Below, in pieces: positions 62,611-64,000 of a stretch of DNA of 64,000 nt (position 1 is its first letter; the number at the start of each line of letters is the position of its first letter). The notes under the pieces are model-generated. The model was not told the origin of the DNA. It made no database searches and saw only the letters and a program-made list of their open reading frames with translations. The stretch covers positions 16,740,001-16,804,000 of the forward strand of contig NC_047073.1 in assembly GCF_902459465.1 (NCBI RefSeq). Direction: 5' to 3'. The position numbers and the translations under genes are program-made. Source of the stretch: Asterias rubens. Taxonomy: Eukaryota.

Positions 62611-62976
62611 AGCCATTATGCACTTTCGATAAACATATTGTCCAAGCCCCACACTTCGTGTATCACAACTTATATATAAAATAACAAACCTGTGAAAATT
62701 TAGGCTCAATCGGTCATCGGAGTTGGGAGAAAATAATGGGAAAAATCGCTCTTGTTTCAGCGCGTTTCGCCATGTCATGACATGTGTTTAAAATAAATCC
62801 GTAATTCTCGCTATCGAGAATTGATATTATTTTAATGTTTTCTCAAAAAGTAAAGCATTTCATGGAACAATATTTCAAGAGAAGTCTTTCACTATTACCT
62901 TCTGTAAACCCTGTAAATTATTTGTAGATCTGTGAACTTTTGTTCTTCTTTTCTGTACTGAAAGTGTATAATGGCT
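62611..62976. mobile_element. TTAA-flanked MITE, third family
   Basis: TTAA-AGCCATTATGCACTTTC ... GAAAGTGTATAATGGCT-TTTTAA inverted termini. Confidence 0.7.
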
Positions 62977-63517
62977 TTTTAAGTAGAACCTTGTTTTTCA
63001 AATGGCTAATAAATCAATGGTAAAGTGAGGTAAGGTAAAATTCAGTAAGAGATTAAAGACAAAACATCTGGTCCAGAAAGAATAGATCAACATAGGTAGG
63101 AATGATATATTACACCTTGGTGTATCGACAGTAAAACAAAACAAAACAAAACATAGACACAGTGCTCAAACACTGTGTACATTTAGTCATAAGATATATG
63201 AAATATTCTTTCATTGTGGGCTGGTGGGAAAGCGAAAGAACATACATGACTTTATGTATACGTATTACAACAACCAGCACTCATACAATCACTAAGAAAT
63301 TATCGTAGTCTACATTCACGCTAGAAGACTCCCTCTACATCGATAGGCGTATTTCCACTTTGTCGCAACATATTATGAATGCATACAAACAAGGGGAGAT
63401 TGCAATCTTTCCCCCAATTTTGACCTTTCTGCGAAATTTGATTTGTCACAAACTGTCTGTAGCCAACTTGATCAATCCAAAGAGGAGATGTAATTAAGGG
63501 GTAATTTTAGTTGTTGC

Positions 63518-63594
63518 CGCATTTTTATCTAGCGGCAACAGCAAGACACTCACAGCGCATTTTTATCTAGCGGCAACAGCAAGACACTCACAGC
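63518..63594. repeat. 38-bp tandem duplication
   Basis: CGCATTTTTATCTAGCGGCAACAGCAAGACACTCACAG occurs twice. Confidence 0.9.
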
Positions 63595-64000
63595 CATATA
63601 ATTTTTTTCCATAGCTGTAATTAAATATAGTACGCCTCGCAAACACGGACAGGAAAAATACCAACCAACAAAAAAGCAAGTATGGGTGTCTCCTTCCTAA
63701 AGTCATCTAGGTTTTTTTGCCGAGGGCGGACAAAATTTAAACCAGCGTGACAATTGCTTTAGTAACAAGGTACACTTGACCCTAAACATGAAGCAAGGTG
63801 ACCCATATACTGCTGGATAGTACTTTCATCTTTGAGTTTTAAGATACACATCTTTAAGCTGCATGTACATAAAAGTGTAAGTACAGTTAAATCAAGTAAA
63901 AATAATGTCAAGATAGCATGTGGACAATTATCATTCAAAATTGTCGGAGACACCGAGTGTAAACACGCCCTGTAAAAAGGCTAAGCTCAATTTGTCTTGG

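Noticed and set aside
63759-63953. Possible upstream TRIM23 exon (ILKLKDE resembles ILFKLKQDE)
   Set aside because: Lacks the GLDGAGKT P-loop and the PTIG end with a phase-1 donor; the resemblance looks coincidental.

Overview
Animal genomic DNA: AT-rich, repeat-rich and intron-containing. The repeat content looks like an invertebrate deuterostome such as an echinoderm, but that is inference. Three things are firmly supported. (1) The DM-domain coding exon of a DMRTA (Dmrt4/5, DMRTA2-like) gene lies on the minus strand at 25213-25630, with a CCAAT/CRE promoter-like region; no downstream DMA exon is visible in the window. (2) An intact, apparently very young BEL/Pao LTR retrotransposon occupies 36417-44631 (minus), with two 770-bp LTRs, a CTGTC target-site duplication, a tRNA-Tyr PBS and one 2160-aa gag-pol ORF. 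(3) The last three coding exons of TRIM23/ARD1 (ARF domain) lie on the minus strand at 59038-62531 and include a GC-AG intron. The rest is TTAA-flanked MITEs, tRNA-derived SINEs, many minisatellites, long G-tracts and a ~1.5-1.8 kb direct duplication that brackets the DM exon. I cannot demonstrate a new biological system. The best leads are around the dmrtA locus: a SOX/DM-like site array in a promoter-proximal VNTR, the flanking direct repeats, the missing second exon and the young upstream LTR element. All coordinates were read by eye, so repeat boundaries may be off by a few bases.
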